A stretch of DNA of 64,000 nucleotides, taken from NCBI GenBank assembly GCA_030141605.1, contig JAQGDQ010000605.1:15368-79367 (forward strand), in the 5' to 3' direction. Under the pieces are notes generated by a model. That model made no database searches. It was not told where the DNA came from and saw only the letters and a list, made by a program, of their open reading frames with translations. Position numbers and translations under genes: made by a program. This document shows positions 49,804 through 62,698 of the stretch, in pieces; positions within the stretch are counted from its first letter, which is position 1, and every line of letters begins with the position of its first letter. Source of the stretch: Tubiluchus corallicola. Lineage: Eukaryota > Animalia > Priapulida.

Positions 49804-51851
49804 TTAACGGACCCAGTTTGATCCGGACGTTGTTTCTGACTGCGTGTTTGTACTTGGCACCTGGCCTACCATGCCGAAATTTTCAAAATCGACAAAATCC
49901 AAGTTTCCTTCTACACTGATCTCATGCTGCAATACTTGATTAACATCACAATCAAGTCCCTGCAAATCTCCCATTGGCAGGTCAAGATCGCTAGGCAACA
50001 TGGCTTGTTCTTCCAGCTTAAGGCTCTCCAAGAGGCCACCGGGGCTTATGGAGGAGTCGGCTACTGTAACCGGTGTTAGTATACTTAGTGCTTGCTGGTG
50101 ATTCGGCGCACCATACTTATTTCTATTCAAGGCAGTTGAGGACATCATTGGGTCATTGTTGATCAACAGCTCCTGCCCTCGTGGCTGCTGTAGTGTCGTA
50201 AGTTGCGGTGCCGGAGACATTGCCTGCTGAAATCCATCAGTTCTTGACGAGAGAGTGGTAGCCGGATAGGGCGAACCAAAACTGCTGTACGGAGAACTAG
50301 GGTCTGTGAACTTGGCCGGAGAGGGAGGGAAGGCCACAGGCGAACAAAAATCCAAGTTAAATGGATCGCTGGCTTTAGGACTAAGCTCGTGCATGGGACT
50401 TTTATTTAATTTCATGGCTTCGGTGAGAGTATCTGTTAGTTGATCGGCTACACCACTGCTAAAACCACTAGAGCTCTTGTAATCCCACGAAATCGGCGAC
50501 ATACCGGGCGGGACACGGTTATCAGGAGCGTCAGCATCGATTGCGGGTATGGGGGATAGTCTACTGCAACTACTGGCATTAGAACTAGTTCTGGGTCGGA
50601 AATCGGATACAGAAAGTTGGAAGGCATCAACGATAAGGTCTCCCCCATCGGAAGAGGTAGGACTATTTGTGTTATCCAACAGACCCGAACGCAGCATCTC
50701 CATTTTCTTTTTTACCCGAGTACGCTTCTTTTCGTATTTAGGTGTGTCCATCGAGCCTGCCCGTCTGCGAGTACTCTTCCCGGGTTTCGCGTCCGGATTT
50801 ATCACCCACCAGGAACTTTTCCCTGTACCTTCGTTCTGTACTCGCATAAATCTGTTGTGCAGAGACAGATTGTGCCTTATGGAGTTCTGAAAGAGAAACA
50901 CAAAAACAATAGGCCTAGTAAAAATAATGTGTGATGGATAATTTAATACTCATTATGTTATGATCACGATTAAACTGTACTACTACTAACTCAAATTATA
51001 ATCATAATCATAGTAGCTTTGTGTTGACGAAAATTAATTATTTTCATAATTATTTATAAGGGTTTTAAGTTACATAGTGATTAGTGATTACCTTTGAAAA
51101 AATCTATAAAAGTGAGCTACTAGACGTAGGCTATTACTAGAAGTCTAGAATTAGATATTACGACCGTAGCCTATTATTTCATTTGAATTCAATTAATTTG
51201 AGTTAACAGTTAACTACAGTTTTACAACAGGTTTCAAATGATGGTACATAAAAGAGATATTACCAATAACGTGTGTTTGTCAACGTGTTAAAATAAACAA
51301 CATTAGATTGTGTATATTTTAGGGAAACCAAGGAAGCCGCAGCTTATAGGTGCCACTCAGAGGGCCTTATGATGATGCTTAAGAAGATAATTACGACAGT
51401 TTATGACTAAAATTCTGCAAGTTTTATTAACAAATTATACAACAATTCAAATGCTTACCTTCCAGCCTGCAGAACTATTACTGTCTCCTTTGTCTTTAAA
51501 ATACGGGACATTTCTTACCATCCAATCATATATCTGTGACAATGTCAATCTTTGATCAGGAGAACCTTGTATAGCTTTTGTGATGAGGTCAGCGTATGAC
51601 ATATTACCCCACGCATTTCTTCTTGACGAGTTCTTCTTGGCACTCAGCTGACCGTCAGCGTTCCCCAACTCCAAACCCGGAGGTGGTGTGCCAGACGGAT
51701 CTTCATTTTCCTGTTTCACTTTAGGCCAATTTTCTGGTCTTGGCATGGGCCACGTATTCGAACGCAGCCTGGGCTCAGGGTCACCAAAGTGTGGGTCAAT
51801 TTCACCGTTCAGCGCGTAGGGATCAAAAATGCTCGGGATATTACTCATCAT
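49804..51851 (-). CDS. FOXO: Forkhead box O transcription factor, 491 aa; exons 51851-51459 and 50886-49804
   Basis: Forkhead [15 protein letters not shown]...[16 protein letters not shown]...[10 protein letters not shown] with the conserved intron; three Akt motifs RLRSNT, RRRAGS and RPRTSS; C-terminal LDCDV...NLDF and NWVR*; start in a CCGCCATG context. Confidence 0.97.
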
Positions 51852-52119
51852 GGCGGTCAGCGGCGTTACGGACTTTGATGAACTACACACAGAAGCGTAC
51901 ACTCTCGTCCATGAAATCACAGTAACACGATTCTGTCAAATATCCACGCTTACACGCGACTAAATAACGTACTGCGCGCATCGCTGTTAAAAGCACTAGA
52001 AACCAGTTAAAAACGCCGTGTTTTCTCTGATGCTTTACAGGGTATTAGTTCACAAATTCAGAGATAATACCTCAAACTACACAATACAGTATTCGATATA
52101 TCGACTGTACGCATGGACT

Positions 52120-52270
52120 TCATCCAATGACGTCACGATTGCGTATAAGGCAGCAGAAAATTAAATGGTGGTGCCCTCTGCAGGAGCGCAAATGTTTAAA
52201 CGTAGGGCACAATCTCTGAGCCAGGATACGCGTCAGTAGCAGTGTTTACTAATAATACCGATTGGCTACA
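52120..52270. promoter_or_regulatory. Candidate FoxO proximal promoter
   Basis: CCAAT overlapping a CRE palindrome TGACGTCA (52128-52135), a CTCF-like CCTGCAGAGGGCAC on the minus strand (about 52172-52185), forkhead site TGTTTAC (52243-52249) and ATTGG (52261). Confidence 0.5.
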
Positions 52271-54062
52271 GAGTGTATTAAATCCTTGACAATCTACCTC
52301 ATTGTCAAGGATAATCATGTAAAGTGATTAAATTAGCTTAAACTAGCTTGAACAAGTTACACATCCCCATATGCACCAATCCAAATAACACATCTCTCTT
52401 GCAAAATAATCATCGAGACACTTTACATGTTAACACACATGATATCTTGTTGATATGAAATGTTGTGAAATTTGGAAAACAAGCCAGTCAGTTCAGCAGG
52501 GAATAATGTTGACGTAATAATAGTGGTCATATTCTAAATTTTGCCCAGACGTCTTTTAGAAAATTACCCAGGTACTACAAGCACTGAGTTTTATCTTAAA
52601 GAAAAGATCAAGGCACTCAGTATGTTGGGTTTATTTTACTGTTATCACTTAAACTTAGAAAAATATAACAAAGAAATTTGCAAAGAACTGCCTACAAAGG
52701 ATAAATTTAAAATACCTCTGAATAAAAAATTTCAGGCGTGGTGGTTGCCTCCATTGACTTGAAAATCATGAAGTAACTGGGAGAATTTGTGATCTGTCGT
52801 AAGCGTGTTTTGGCTTTCTGTAAAGGTGAGCTACTTGAATTAATTCAAATTTCTTCAGCTTACCCAATGTCCACACAAATATATTACAAAGCTAACTAAC
52901 GAATTGTTTTGCAAAAACTTATTATACGTTTATGGTTGAAGATTGGCAGTGCCCTACTTTTCTTCAAGACGAATAACGTCATTGGTGGAAGAATGGACAT
53001 TGAAAATGGAAGCATCCAAGGAAGTGCTCACGATTTTAAACTGGTTTTACTAATTACACGAGACGCTTATTTCAGTTTTGTTACTAAATCCCTCAAACAC
53101 TGTTCGTGAACGTTTTTTTTAACTAAAACTAACCGCCTAGAAGGGTTGGCTTTTCCTTTAAACTACCTCAGTAGTTTAGGATGTGATTTTTGAAGCCATA
53201 ACAAATGCAATTTTACTGAGCGACCGTCATCACCATGACATCCAATTTTTCCACTGCACAACTACAACTACAGTTCAGGTTTGGCTAGAATCGGATCAGT
53301 GGTCTCTGAGAAAGACCGTGGACAGACAGACGCGACTAAGGGTGACTAAGCTGGGAGGTCGAAGCTGAGCCCCATGTCTAACAAATTGTAGGCCTACTTT
53401 CCAGGCACTTCTTTATTTCAAATAGCAGTTAATAGATATCACTTTCAGATAGTGAAAATACTAAAAGATGAGTAAAGAGAAATTTAATGTCAGTAGGCCT
53501 ACTTGATATTTCTAATGGAGGTCGTTATATTTACCTAAAAAATATTGATATACATTGATATAAAAATATTGATATTGACATAAACATATTTTATGCTTAC
53601 ACCATTACACTCTTCCTACTATCTCTATCTCTTAGTGATGCCATCTTCCTATTAAAGATTATTCACTAGCATCATTTGGTTTTGTTGTGAAAACTTGTGA
53701 TTTTACACTTTTATTAAAAAAAATTGTAAATTATATTTGCCATTTAAATATTGTAATAAATTATTAAATTAGTAATAAAGAGGCACGCAGGGGTAACGTA
53801 CCACTTATGTAATAAATTACATAAAGAAAACTGCATTAGAAATCAATCGTTTAACTTGTTGCAATGAAGGCAAATGCTGAGTCTGTTGGCAAGAGTGAAC
53901 ATTTCTACAATCATGCTGAGCTTTTTGGAAACAACATCGTCTGTTCCAACGGACAACCTGTTAAAATAGAAGAAATTTTGATCAGATTTTCTTTCAATTT
54001 TAGTACAAGATAGCGAGCCATTAGTAGGTGATGCTTAAATATTAAAATATTAAATATTTGAT

Positions 54063-55147
54063 TTAAAGGAAAACCGGGTGATTGTGTAAACATTAGTTCA
54101 GAATAAATAATGCTCTAAAATATTGAAAACTACAATAGCTTTTTGTGAATCAAAGTTTAGATTAAATAATAATTACTTCGGATACTCAAATTTCGTTAAA
54201 CTTTCAAAACTACGCACGGCTCAGTGAATCTATTAAGATTGGCAGCGGCGCCTTTTTGTCACATTCGCGTGACCGACAAATACTGGTTAGCGAGGTGCAG
54301 ATACTGCATGGTGCTACAAGAACTCGGCAAATAATAAGTTTAAGGGTTTAGCGAGGTGCAGATACTGCATGGTGCTACAGGAACTCGGCAAATAATAAGT
54401 TTAAGGGTTTAGCGAGGTGCAGATACTGCATGGTGCTACAAGAACTCGGCAAATAATAAGTTTAAGGGTTTAGCGAGGTGCAGATACTGCATGGTGCTAC
54501 AGGAACTCGGCAAATAATAAGTTTAAGGGTTTAGCGAGGTGCAGATACTGCATGGTGCTACAAGAACTCGGCAAATAATAAGTTTAAGGGTTTAGCGAGG
54601 TGCAGATACTGCATGGTACTACAAGAACTCGGCAAATAATAAGTTTAAGGGTTTAGCGAGGTGCAGATACTGCATGGTGCGCGTCTAACAAGGGAATGAC
54701 GAAACGGGAATGTCACATTGCAGAATTAACTATCTGCACAAATGCGAAATTTGGTTCCTGCGCTAATAATTCTTTCACTTAAATCATTCTTAAAAAAAAC
54801 AATATGTTCCGTTTCAATATTTTATATGACACAGTGAATAATAAAACAATTAAATAATTTTCAGACAGTTATTGTTATTATATTATTCATTGTGTCACAT
54901 CTACCAAGTTTCTACGTGTATATCTTTGTTTATAGGTAATTGTATGTGTATGTAATTGAGTTTATTTCTATTTAAATTACTTTATTTTTTCTGCACTTCT
55001 GCTTGTACATATATTTGCACGGTGAGGATTCATGCATCAGTTTTAGAAACTGTCTAATCTAAACCAAATAAACTAGGTTTAAACTAATATTTTATGGATT
55101 AAATTGTTTTGAGCTGTAGTCTAAGATTGGGTCCAGTTTTCGTTTAA
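54063..55147 (+). mobile_element. Composite TTAA element: family B left part, 61-bp array, family A-like right end
   Basis: 54063-54281 matches family B; the end TAAGATTGGGTCCAGTTTTCGTTTAA matches the family A right terminus. Confidence 0.65.
54287..54680. repeat. 61-bp minisatellite, about 6.5 units
   Basis: Unit TTAGCGAGGTGCAGATACTGCATGGTGCTACA(A/G)GAACTCGGCAAATAATAAGTTTAAGGGT. Confidence 0.97.
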
Positions 55148-55827
55148 CACAACATAATCAAATAATTCATAGTCAGATATGTGTGAACTGTTACCTTTTG
55201 TGTTTGGAAGCCTGAATGAATTGATAACTTATTGAAGCTGTCATTCAATTCCTTCATATGACACCTTTCTATTATATTCATTTATTCATTGTTAGTTATA
55301 TTTATGTAGCATTGTGCCGTAATTCAAAATAGTCTTTATGTAAAACTGTTCTTTTTGAAATGCCACATTTAAAACCCTCCTGTATTTGAACTACCTTCTC
55401 TGTTTTGCTCCGCATTGCGTGCAACAGCTTGATGTTTCTTCACTGTTAAATCTGCAGCTTCTGGAAGCTTCTTCGCTGTTGACCAAAACATCGGGCTATA
55501 AAAAATTTTGTTTAATTTTTTGGTAAAAAGATCTAACTACAAAAAGTGGTTACAAATCTGGCAGAATAATAAACTTCTTGCCATGAAATTCCAATTTCAT
55601 AGCACGACACATTACATATTACTGTAATTTCATGTTAGGTTTAGCATCAAAAACTACAGATGATAAGTCAAGTAGTAATGATACACAGAAACCTTCATTG
55701 TTTTCTCAATTTTCAAACCCCATGTTTGATAATGTCCACATACTCCTAGAGCCAGCTATTGATCCACATTTGTCTAACTTTTGGATTTTATTTCTACGTA
55801 ACATTTAGTGCCAACCTTCAAACCTAC

Positions 55828-57968
55828 CTTCTTTATGTGCCATGCTCCAAACTGCTTTTGTTGATCAATTAAAAGGTTACGCACTGCAATGCTGTAAGCT
55901 TCCATTTCCTTTAGTACTCTGTTTTTCAGTGTTGCATCTAAAAATCAAAGAATCCTGTACGTTTATTTTAACTTGGTAGTAAGTGGTTTAACTTTATAGA
56001 GTTTAACACTGTGAATCAATGATGTGTCTTAAACTTACTTGCTTAACTATAGAATTAAGAATAAATTGAAAGAAACACGAAAAGTTGAAATGATGAAGAA
56101 ATATCACAGTGTTAGTAATTACGTTTTATTACTTAAAGTTGTTCACATACTTCGATTTATTCTTAATTCTAGAGAATTAGTTACCAGTATCATTTTTTTA
56201 ACTTTGTTGTGTAAAAAGTGTGATCTGTTATCATCAGTGGTAACTAACACACCAGTGGTAACTAACACATCAATGGTAACTAACACATCAGTGGCAGCTA
56301 ACACATCAGAAGTAATTAACACATCAGTGGTAACTAACACATCAGAGGTAACTAACACATCAGTGGTAACTAACACATCAGAGGTAACTACCACATCAGT
56401 GGTAACTAGCACATCAGTTTAACTAACACATCAGAGGTAACTAACGCACCAGTGGTAACTAACACATCAGAGGTAACTAACACATCAATGGTAACTAACA
56501 CATCAGAGGTAACTAACGCGCCAGTGGTAACTAACACATCAGAGGTAACTAACACATCAGTGGTAACTAACACACCAGTGGTAACTAACACATCAGTGGT
56601 AACGAATCACAAAATGTTGTATGTACCTAAGCTATCGAGCACATTTGTTGAACCACCATGAGCTCCATCTCTTTGTTCTGGTTCAGTTGGTGTCACTGAA
56701 GCACAAAACGTGTTTGTAATGGCTTCACTGTTGTGTTCATTGTACCACTCTGCAATCTGAACGAAAAGAAATTAAATGCTTGGCTAATGGCTTCACTGTT
56801 GTGTTCATTGTACCACTCTGCAATCTGAACGAAAAGAAATTAAATGCTTGGCTAATGGCTTCACTGTTGTGTTCATTGTACCACTCTGCAATCTGAACGA
56901 AAAGAAATTAAATGCTTGGCTAAAGTTTACAATCCCCCACACACAAGAAATTAGGTGGTTTAGGATTACGGTTAGGATTAATATTACGGTTAGGATTAAG
57001 ATTACGGTTAGGGTTAGGATAGTGTATTTAAATTGTGTGGGGAATTGTAAAGTCCTTCCAAATGCTTATTTCAGAAATATGCTATTAGAAATTAAGCATT
57101 TTACAAGACCCAAGGTCAAAACAATATTTTTATGATCATAGCACATAAGTGTTCATTTAGTTTTAGTAAATTATGCATAATGCACTAGATGAACACTGGT
57201 ATTAGTAAACATTCAGCAGCTTTAACGAAGTTTGAATGTCACATTTCTGATAACAGAGTAATCTTACTTTAAAATACTTTAACTTCCTTACTTTAAAATA
57301 GTTTTGGATTGTTAAGTTTTGATAACTGGATATTGTATTACTAGTAGCACTGTAACTGAATTGGTAATGCATACTCAGAAACATCATTTTTGGAGAGCTA
57401 TTACATCTCAAGATCTAAATATAAAACGTATTTTAGTATTTTAGATACTGGTTAGATACGTTAACAATATAAGCAGGTCAGTCTAGTGTTTGAGCTTTCT
57501 GGTCTTTATACTAAAAATTCATTTTTAAATCACTGATAATGACAATATAATTTAGCAAAACAAAACCTCAAAAGTTTGGTCTAACACTCAACAGTTGAGC
57601 CACCTAGATATTAAAAGCTTGCTCTTGTAGAAACCCACCTCTGCTGTGTTAACATGTTGACTCGTATCCGCCTCCATAAAAACCGAATTGTCTTCAAATT
57701 CCAGCTGTGGTTGTTGCTGGTTATTTGAACCATTAGATTGTTGGTCTGATATTCTGTCGAAATGGTCAGAACAAGTAGCATAATTTGATGAGTTGGCAAG
57801 GCCAGTGTCCATCGGGACAGTTGTCTGTCTGTTGAACTCCTTGTCAGTAGCATTACGCTTGATGTGAGTGGAATCGGGAGAGTAGAAAGAAATGTGATCT
57901 GTCTTGTCGAAATTAAGACCAATTATTCTCCTCATCGATTGGTGAACATATGTTGGTTTCGAAGCCAT
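55828..57968 (-). CDS. Unidentified multi-exon gene; exons 57968-57639, 56756-56627 and 55937-55828, with further candidate exons near 55496-55395 and 53957
   Basis: Three AG/GT-bounded exons join in phase: MASKPTYVHQS...VNTAE/IAEWYNEHNSEA...VLDSL/DATLKNRVLKEMEAYSIAVRNLLIDQQKQFGAWHIKK. No domain recognised; the 3' end is unresolved. Confidence 0.55.
56234..56602. repeat. 18-bp minisatellite, about 20 units, intronic
   Basis: Unit ACATCAG(T/A)GGTAACTAAC, with one 17-bp unit near 56420. Confidence 0.96.
56717..56923. repeat. 68-bp tandem repeat x3 overlapping a minus-strand acceptor
   Basis: Units start at 56717, 56785 and 56853; each contains minus-strand TTTCTTTTCGTTCAG|ATTGCAGAGTGG. Confidence 0.97.
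56926..57051. mobile_element. Small inverted-repeat element with a telomere-like core
   Basis: TTTACAATCCCCCACAC...GTGTGGGGAATTGTAAA flanks GGTTAG/TTAGGA/TTAGGG repeats. Confidence 0.5.
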
Positions 57969-58059
57969 TTTCAAATAAATTATGCGTAGTCTACTAAAAG
58001 AAAAAAATAAATGCCATTATACAGAATTAATAGAAAATTATTAACATTTACAGGCTCAT

Positions 58060-58434
58060 ACAGACACACACCTCACTTTTGCACGCACATGCAGATGCAT
58101 ACATATGTACACACACACACACACCCACACGCACACCACACACACACACACCATCTCATTTTTGCACACACATGCAGATGCACACAAACGTACACACACG
58201 CACATGCGCACACACACACCTCCTCATTTTTGCACACACATATAGATGTACACATATGTACACACACACGCAGATGCACACGTACGTACACACATACCAT
58301 CTCATTTTTTCACACACATGCAGATACACACATACGTACACGCATGCACGCACTCACACACACACACACCTTTTCATTTTTGCACATACATGCAGATACA
58401 CACATACGTACACGCACGCACGAACACGCACACA
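58060..58434. repeat. CA-rich compound minisatellite
   Basis: Repeated TCATTTTTGCACACACATGCAGATACACAC motif with (CA)n runs. Confidence 0.93.
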
Positions 58435-58524
58435 ATAATTATTATTGTTTAGTAAGGCCTAAGATAAATGAAATCACGATTGGAATGAATATCATCATGT
58501 TCGTGTGTCGGATATTTAACACGG

Positions 58525-58655
58525 TCGTTAGACATTGTTTTAATTTAGACTTGAATATTGATAAGGAGCTGCTTTGTTTTAGTGATGTCGATAATGAATT
58601 CCATAGAAGCATTGCTTGCTTGGCAATGGAATTTTTCCATACTGATTGTTTGTTA
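58525..58655 (-). mobile_element. LINE ORF2 C-terminal remnant
   Basis: Translation KNSIAKQAMLLWNSLSTSLKQSSSLSIFKSKLKQCL; similar to 48316-48530. Confidence 0.65.
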
Positions 58656-59500
58656 GTAAAAATTCATGAACGAGAAATAAGCAAAAAACAATTAAACAAA
58701 CAAATGACAGAACCTAGAAACCAATAAACATGTGAATAAATGACCACCTCACCAAAGCACATACGAAGAAGAAAAGAGTATAAAAATGGATGCCCTAATG
58801 GGTATTTGCTGTGTTTCTGGCATAGCTGGGGCTTTCCAAACCCGAGGCACTGAATTTAATGACAATTACAATTATATTTTCTAGTAAGCGCCAGTTATAT
58901 TTTTTACTATTTAGTAACAAAGCAGCTAGGTGTGCTTACCGAATAGATTTAGATTAGTAGATTCAATAGATTTATTTCGCAGTAAACATATACATATGCA
59001 TTACATGTGCATCGATAATGAGTTTTTGTTAATACAAAAATATGATACAATTCATGAATACTGCGCTAGAGACCTAAGAAGCTAGCTTATGGTAGCCCAC
59101 TAGAATTAGTTACGAAAAAAATTACAATATATACAGATACAATGTACAATATATACAAATATAAATACGGGTGGGAAGTAATAAAAATATTATTATACTA
59201 GAGGGGAAGTTTTTGAAAATGAAAAACAACAAATCATGATTGAGTGATCAGTAATCAGTTGATATTAGCTCAAACTTTGGCCATAATTATGATTTGAAAA
59301 TAATTTTTGAAGCAATTGGTTTTAGAAGTGAAAGATATTAAAACATTGCAGACGTTTAGTTTATAATACTGCTCTTCCTATTTGTCTTGCACAGAAAATT
59401 ACGTTTTTTGACATTTTATGTGGTTGTAGCAATTCTCATCTCTGCATAAAGTGCAAGAAAAAGAATGAAAATTATAATTTTGTTGCGGAATAATAATAAT

Positions 59501-59804
59501 CGTCTGATTAGAAATTTAAACTAAATTAGTGAGCTTTTGAAGAAGTGAAACTGTTAAACAGTTCGACAGTAAAACACTTTTTAATTTGTTTCATATTATT
59601 CTTACTATTATTAAAAGTCTTTATTAAATCCCAATTTGCAGGCATACTACGCACAACATATTAATTTTATTACATAACACAAAAATTAATTACACTAAGT
59701 TAGTTCATGAATCAAATTTAAAAAGTCGTGTTTCACTGTCGAACTATTTAACAGTTTCACTTCTTCAAAAGCTCACTAATTTAGTTTAAATTTCTAATCA
59801 GACG
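59501..59804. repeat. Inverted repeat, arms about 80 bp, spacer about 140 bp
   Basis: CGTCTGATTAGAAATTTAAACTAAATTAGTGAGCTTTTGAAGAAGTGAAACTGTTAAA recurs as its reverse complement ending at 59804. Confidence 0.93.
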
Positions 59805-60908
59805 GTTTACGTACATGTGCAAAGACATGTACGTATAATCAAATGAATTTAAAGTTTTACTGAATTTCATTCATGAATTAATTTCTTTAATCTTGATTTT
59901 CTGATAATGTGATGGAGCGGATAAAATCGTCCTTTAAGGGATCAACTCTATTAATAGAATTGCACTTCGTTTCATGTGTACATGATCAACATCAGAATTA
60001 TTTTTTAAAGTCCTAATAAACTCTCGTCTCTTTTTAACCGCAGCGGATACAAAAATGCTCTGTCCGCATCAACTAGTTGTCATTCAAATAACTTAGTGCT
60101 CAGGCGTCTGAAGTGCGTCGCCACATGAGTAATTTTGATCTAATGAACGACCTGTATGATTAAAAACATGGTTAAAATTATCATGGCTTAATAAAACAAT
60201 TCAAACCAATGTCTCTTAACTGCTTGTTTTTGACAGTAGATGACACCACGGGTCTTAACCAAATTTCTGTTGGCAATATTGGCGATGGGTTTAACTAAAA
60301 TTTGTTTATTCGTCGCTTTAGCAATTGTTACTCTAAAAACATGTCCAGGTCATTTCTACAATTTAGGCTTCTGATATTAAAGTCTTCCGTGCACTTCAAG
60401 TATTCTGTAGCAGCAGCTACGTGTTACCTCACGAAGTGCTTACAGGCAGTGCTATCCTGCTTGTTTACTGATAATGTGCTACCTTCTTATAAAACAATCT
60501 CCAACAACATAATTATGTAGCTTGTATCGTTTAATCTGAAAACAAATAAGATGATTTTATATAATTTGGCTCAATTTTACGGTGAAATTGATCTAATTAA
60601 CTTTAACAAAGTTTTACGCAAATTATAAAATCTAATCTCTAGCCTAATTAATCTAATCTTTTTAATAAACAAAGGTTCGGGATTTAAGAAATTAATAAAT
60701 CAACTTCTATAAGTGTAATTATGAAATTATAACAACGAATCAATGAATGACGCTAAACAATCTGTAACTGCAGTGTGCGAATGCCTGAGTGACTCCAATC
60801 TACAGGTAAGTGTACAGGTAAAAGACCGGTCACATGACCTGTTTAAAAGGAAACCAATTTATAACAGAAAAGAGGGGGCAATACAACTTTAAATCAGCAC
60901 AGATAATA

Positions 60909-61505
60909 TTAAAGGAGGACAGGATGATTTTTCATATATTACCCCATTTTCAAGTCCGATAACAAGTATACATTTTAACACGATTAATACTGCAAAGAGC
61001 GTTTCTGAGAATTGAACAACAGATTAAAAGCTTAAGTAACGGCGGGCGACCCCAACTATCGATGACATCACAAACTAACATAATTTTAAGCAGCAAAAAT
61101 TTCACGAGCGTGTTGCACGTGTTTGCGAAAACGAAAACTGAAGTACAGTGCTATTGTAAGATACTCAATGTGTTGTACTAAAACTAGACAAGTTTTAAGA
61201 TAAAAATTCAAATTTCAAATTTACCGCTGTGCTCACGGTGTCAGAAACTAACACATATGAACTGAGAGGTACAGCACCTGTTTTTGTGTAAAGCTTTTCC
61301 GAAATACAGGCTTTAGTTTAACTAGCGAACGGCGAAATGCATGTAACAGCGAAGAACTAGTGGCACGCGAAATTATGTTTGTGTGGTAATAATTCTTCCG
61401 CGTAAGTCATTTTTGAAAAAAATAGTGCGTCCTTTCAATATTTTAAAGCGTGGATTGTTTTGGCCTACAGTTTAAGATTGTGTCTTAGATTAAGATTTGC
61501 TTTAA
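60909..61505 (+). mobile_element. Family A element
   Basis: TTAAAGGAGGACAGGATGATT...TACAGTTTAAGATTG; collinear with 4691-5313. Confidence 0.85.
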
Positions 61506-61739
61506 CAATATTCTGTCTTACTAAGTCATTCTTTTTACAACTGGGGATTCTGGAAACAAATTTCATTGCAATAGCTCTCCTGGTCCAAAGGAGCGAGTCC
61601 ACAAATATACTGTAGGTTTTCTCTAGGGGGGTGGAATTGCACATCAGTTGCTGCTTTCATAATATCGCCGCCATATTCCCCCAAGATGCACAATTGCTAG
61701 TTACCAGCAGACTGGGGCATACATAATAATAGGAAATAT

Positions 61740-62140
61740 CAATTAAGACTTTTTAGGCCTACAAAGCGATCACAGTAGTTAAATTTAGACCCTTACAGTC
61801 AAAACAGAATTTCTTTTTAATTAAAACCCAACTTTTCCATGCCTTATCCGTTATATTTTCCAAGTGCTGCCTAAAATTTAACTTGCAGTCTATTGTAATT
61901 CGCAGTATTTTACTGTTGTCTACGTAGTTAATTTCACAACCGACTTGCCCGGTTGGTTTAAGCATCTTCATCCATCCCGAAAGGTACACTCGGTTTTGTT
62001 GGGGCTACTATTAATTCTGCACTTTCTGTACCATTAAATTTTGTCGATTTCCTTACAACGAAATTGAGCAGTTTCAATATAGCCAACTGCAGAGTAATTA
62101 CCCACAGTGACGGAACCATCATTTGCATACTTAATTACTG
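61740..62140 (-). mobile_element. Degenerate LINE reverse transcriptase fragment
   Basis: YAND (decayed YADD) near 62130, and KILRITIDCKLNFRQHLENITDKA, which resembles the K.LG..ID.KL.F..H motif of non-LTR RTs. Confidence 0.6.
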
Positions 62141-62698
62141 CATACATTGATACGGAAATTACTTATTCTTAATAATGTATTTGTAACTTGCACAGCTATC
62201 TTAGTTTTTGAACAGGGCTATGTATTTGGGGCTTTAAATTATTCCTTTTTAACGAATTTATTCAAATAAGGATTTACAGACGTAAAAGTTCTCAAAGTTA
62301 TTTTCCGTAAATTCCGTTTACTATGACGTCAATGTTAACATACGTCATGTTTCTATTTTGAACTGTTCCAGTTCTTGGAGCTCGGCAGGGCACCTTGCAG
62401 TCCGCTGATTTTGAAAGAGTCGTGCAGACACGTTACATTAAAAACCCATAAACATTTTGTCAAGACTCAATTAGTAGAACCGGATTTTACCACCGTTCAC
62501 GCTTCCACTATACGCACGACTTCCTTCTCAGAATTGTATGTTACCAGCACGCTTATATATGTGTTAGCACCGCAGCAAATAACACCTTTTGCACGGTAAT
62601 AGTGCAGGACGTTACAACGCAAAAGTTAAACTCAGTGGCTGTTAGTGAAGTAAACACATCTTGTTTATATTCTTGTTAAATATTAAGAAATTATCATA

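Noticed and set aside
51852-51920. GTG-initiated N-terminal extension of FoxO in the ORF track
   Set aside because: The ATG at 51851 has a strong Kozak context and nothing supports the GTG start.
56039-56661. Mucin-like VVTNTS / VLVTTD ORFs
   Set aside because: An 18-bp intronic minisatellite with a frame-breaking 17-bp unit and no splice signals linking it to a gene.
58011-58727. His/Thr-rich 238-aa ORF
   Set aside because: Composed of CA-rich repeat plus the antisense strand of a LINE remnant.
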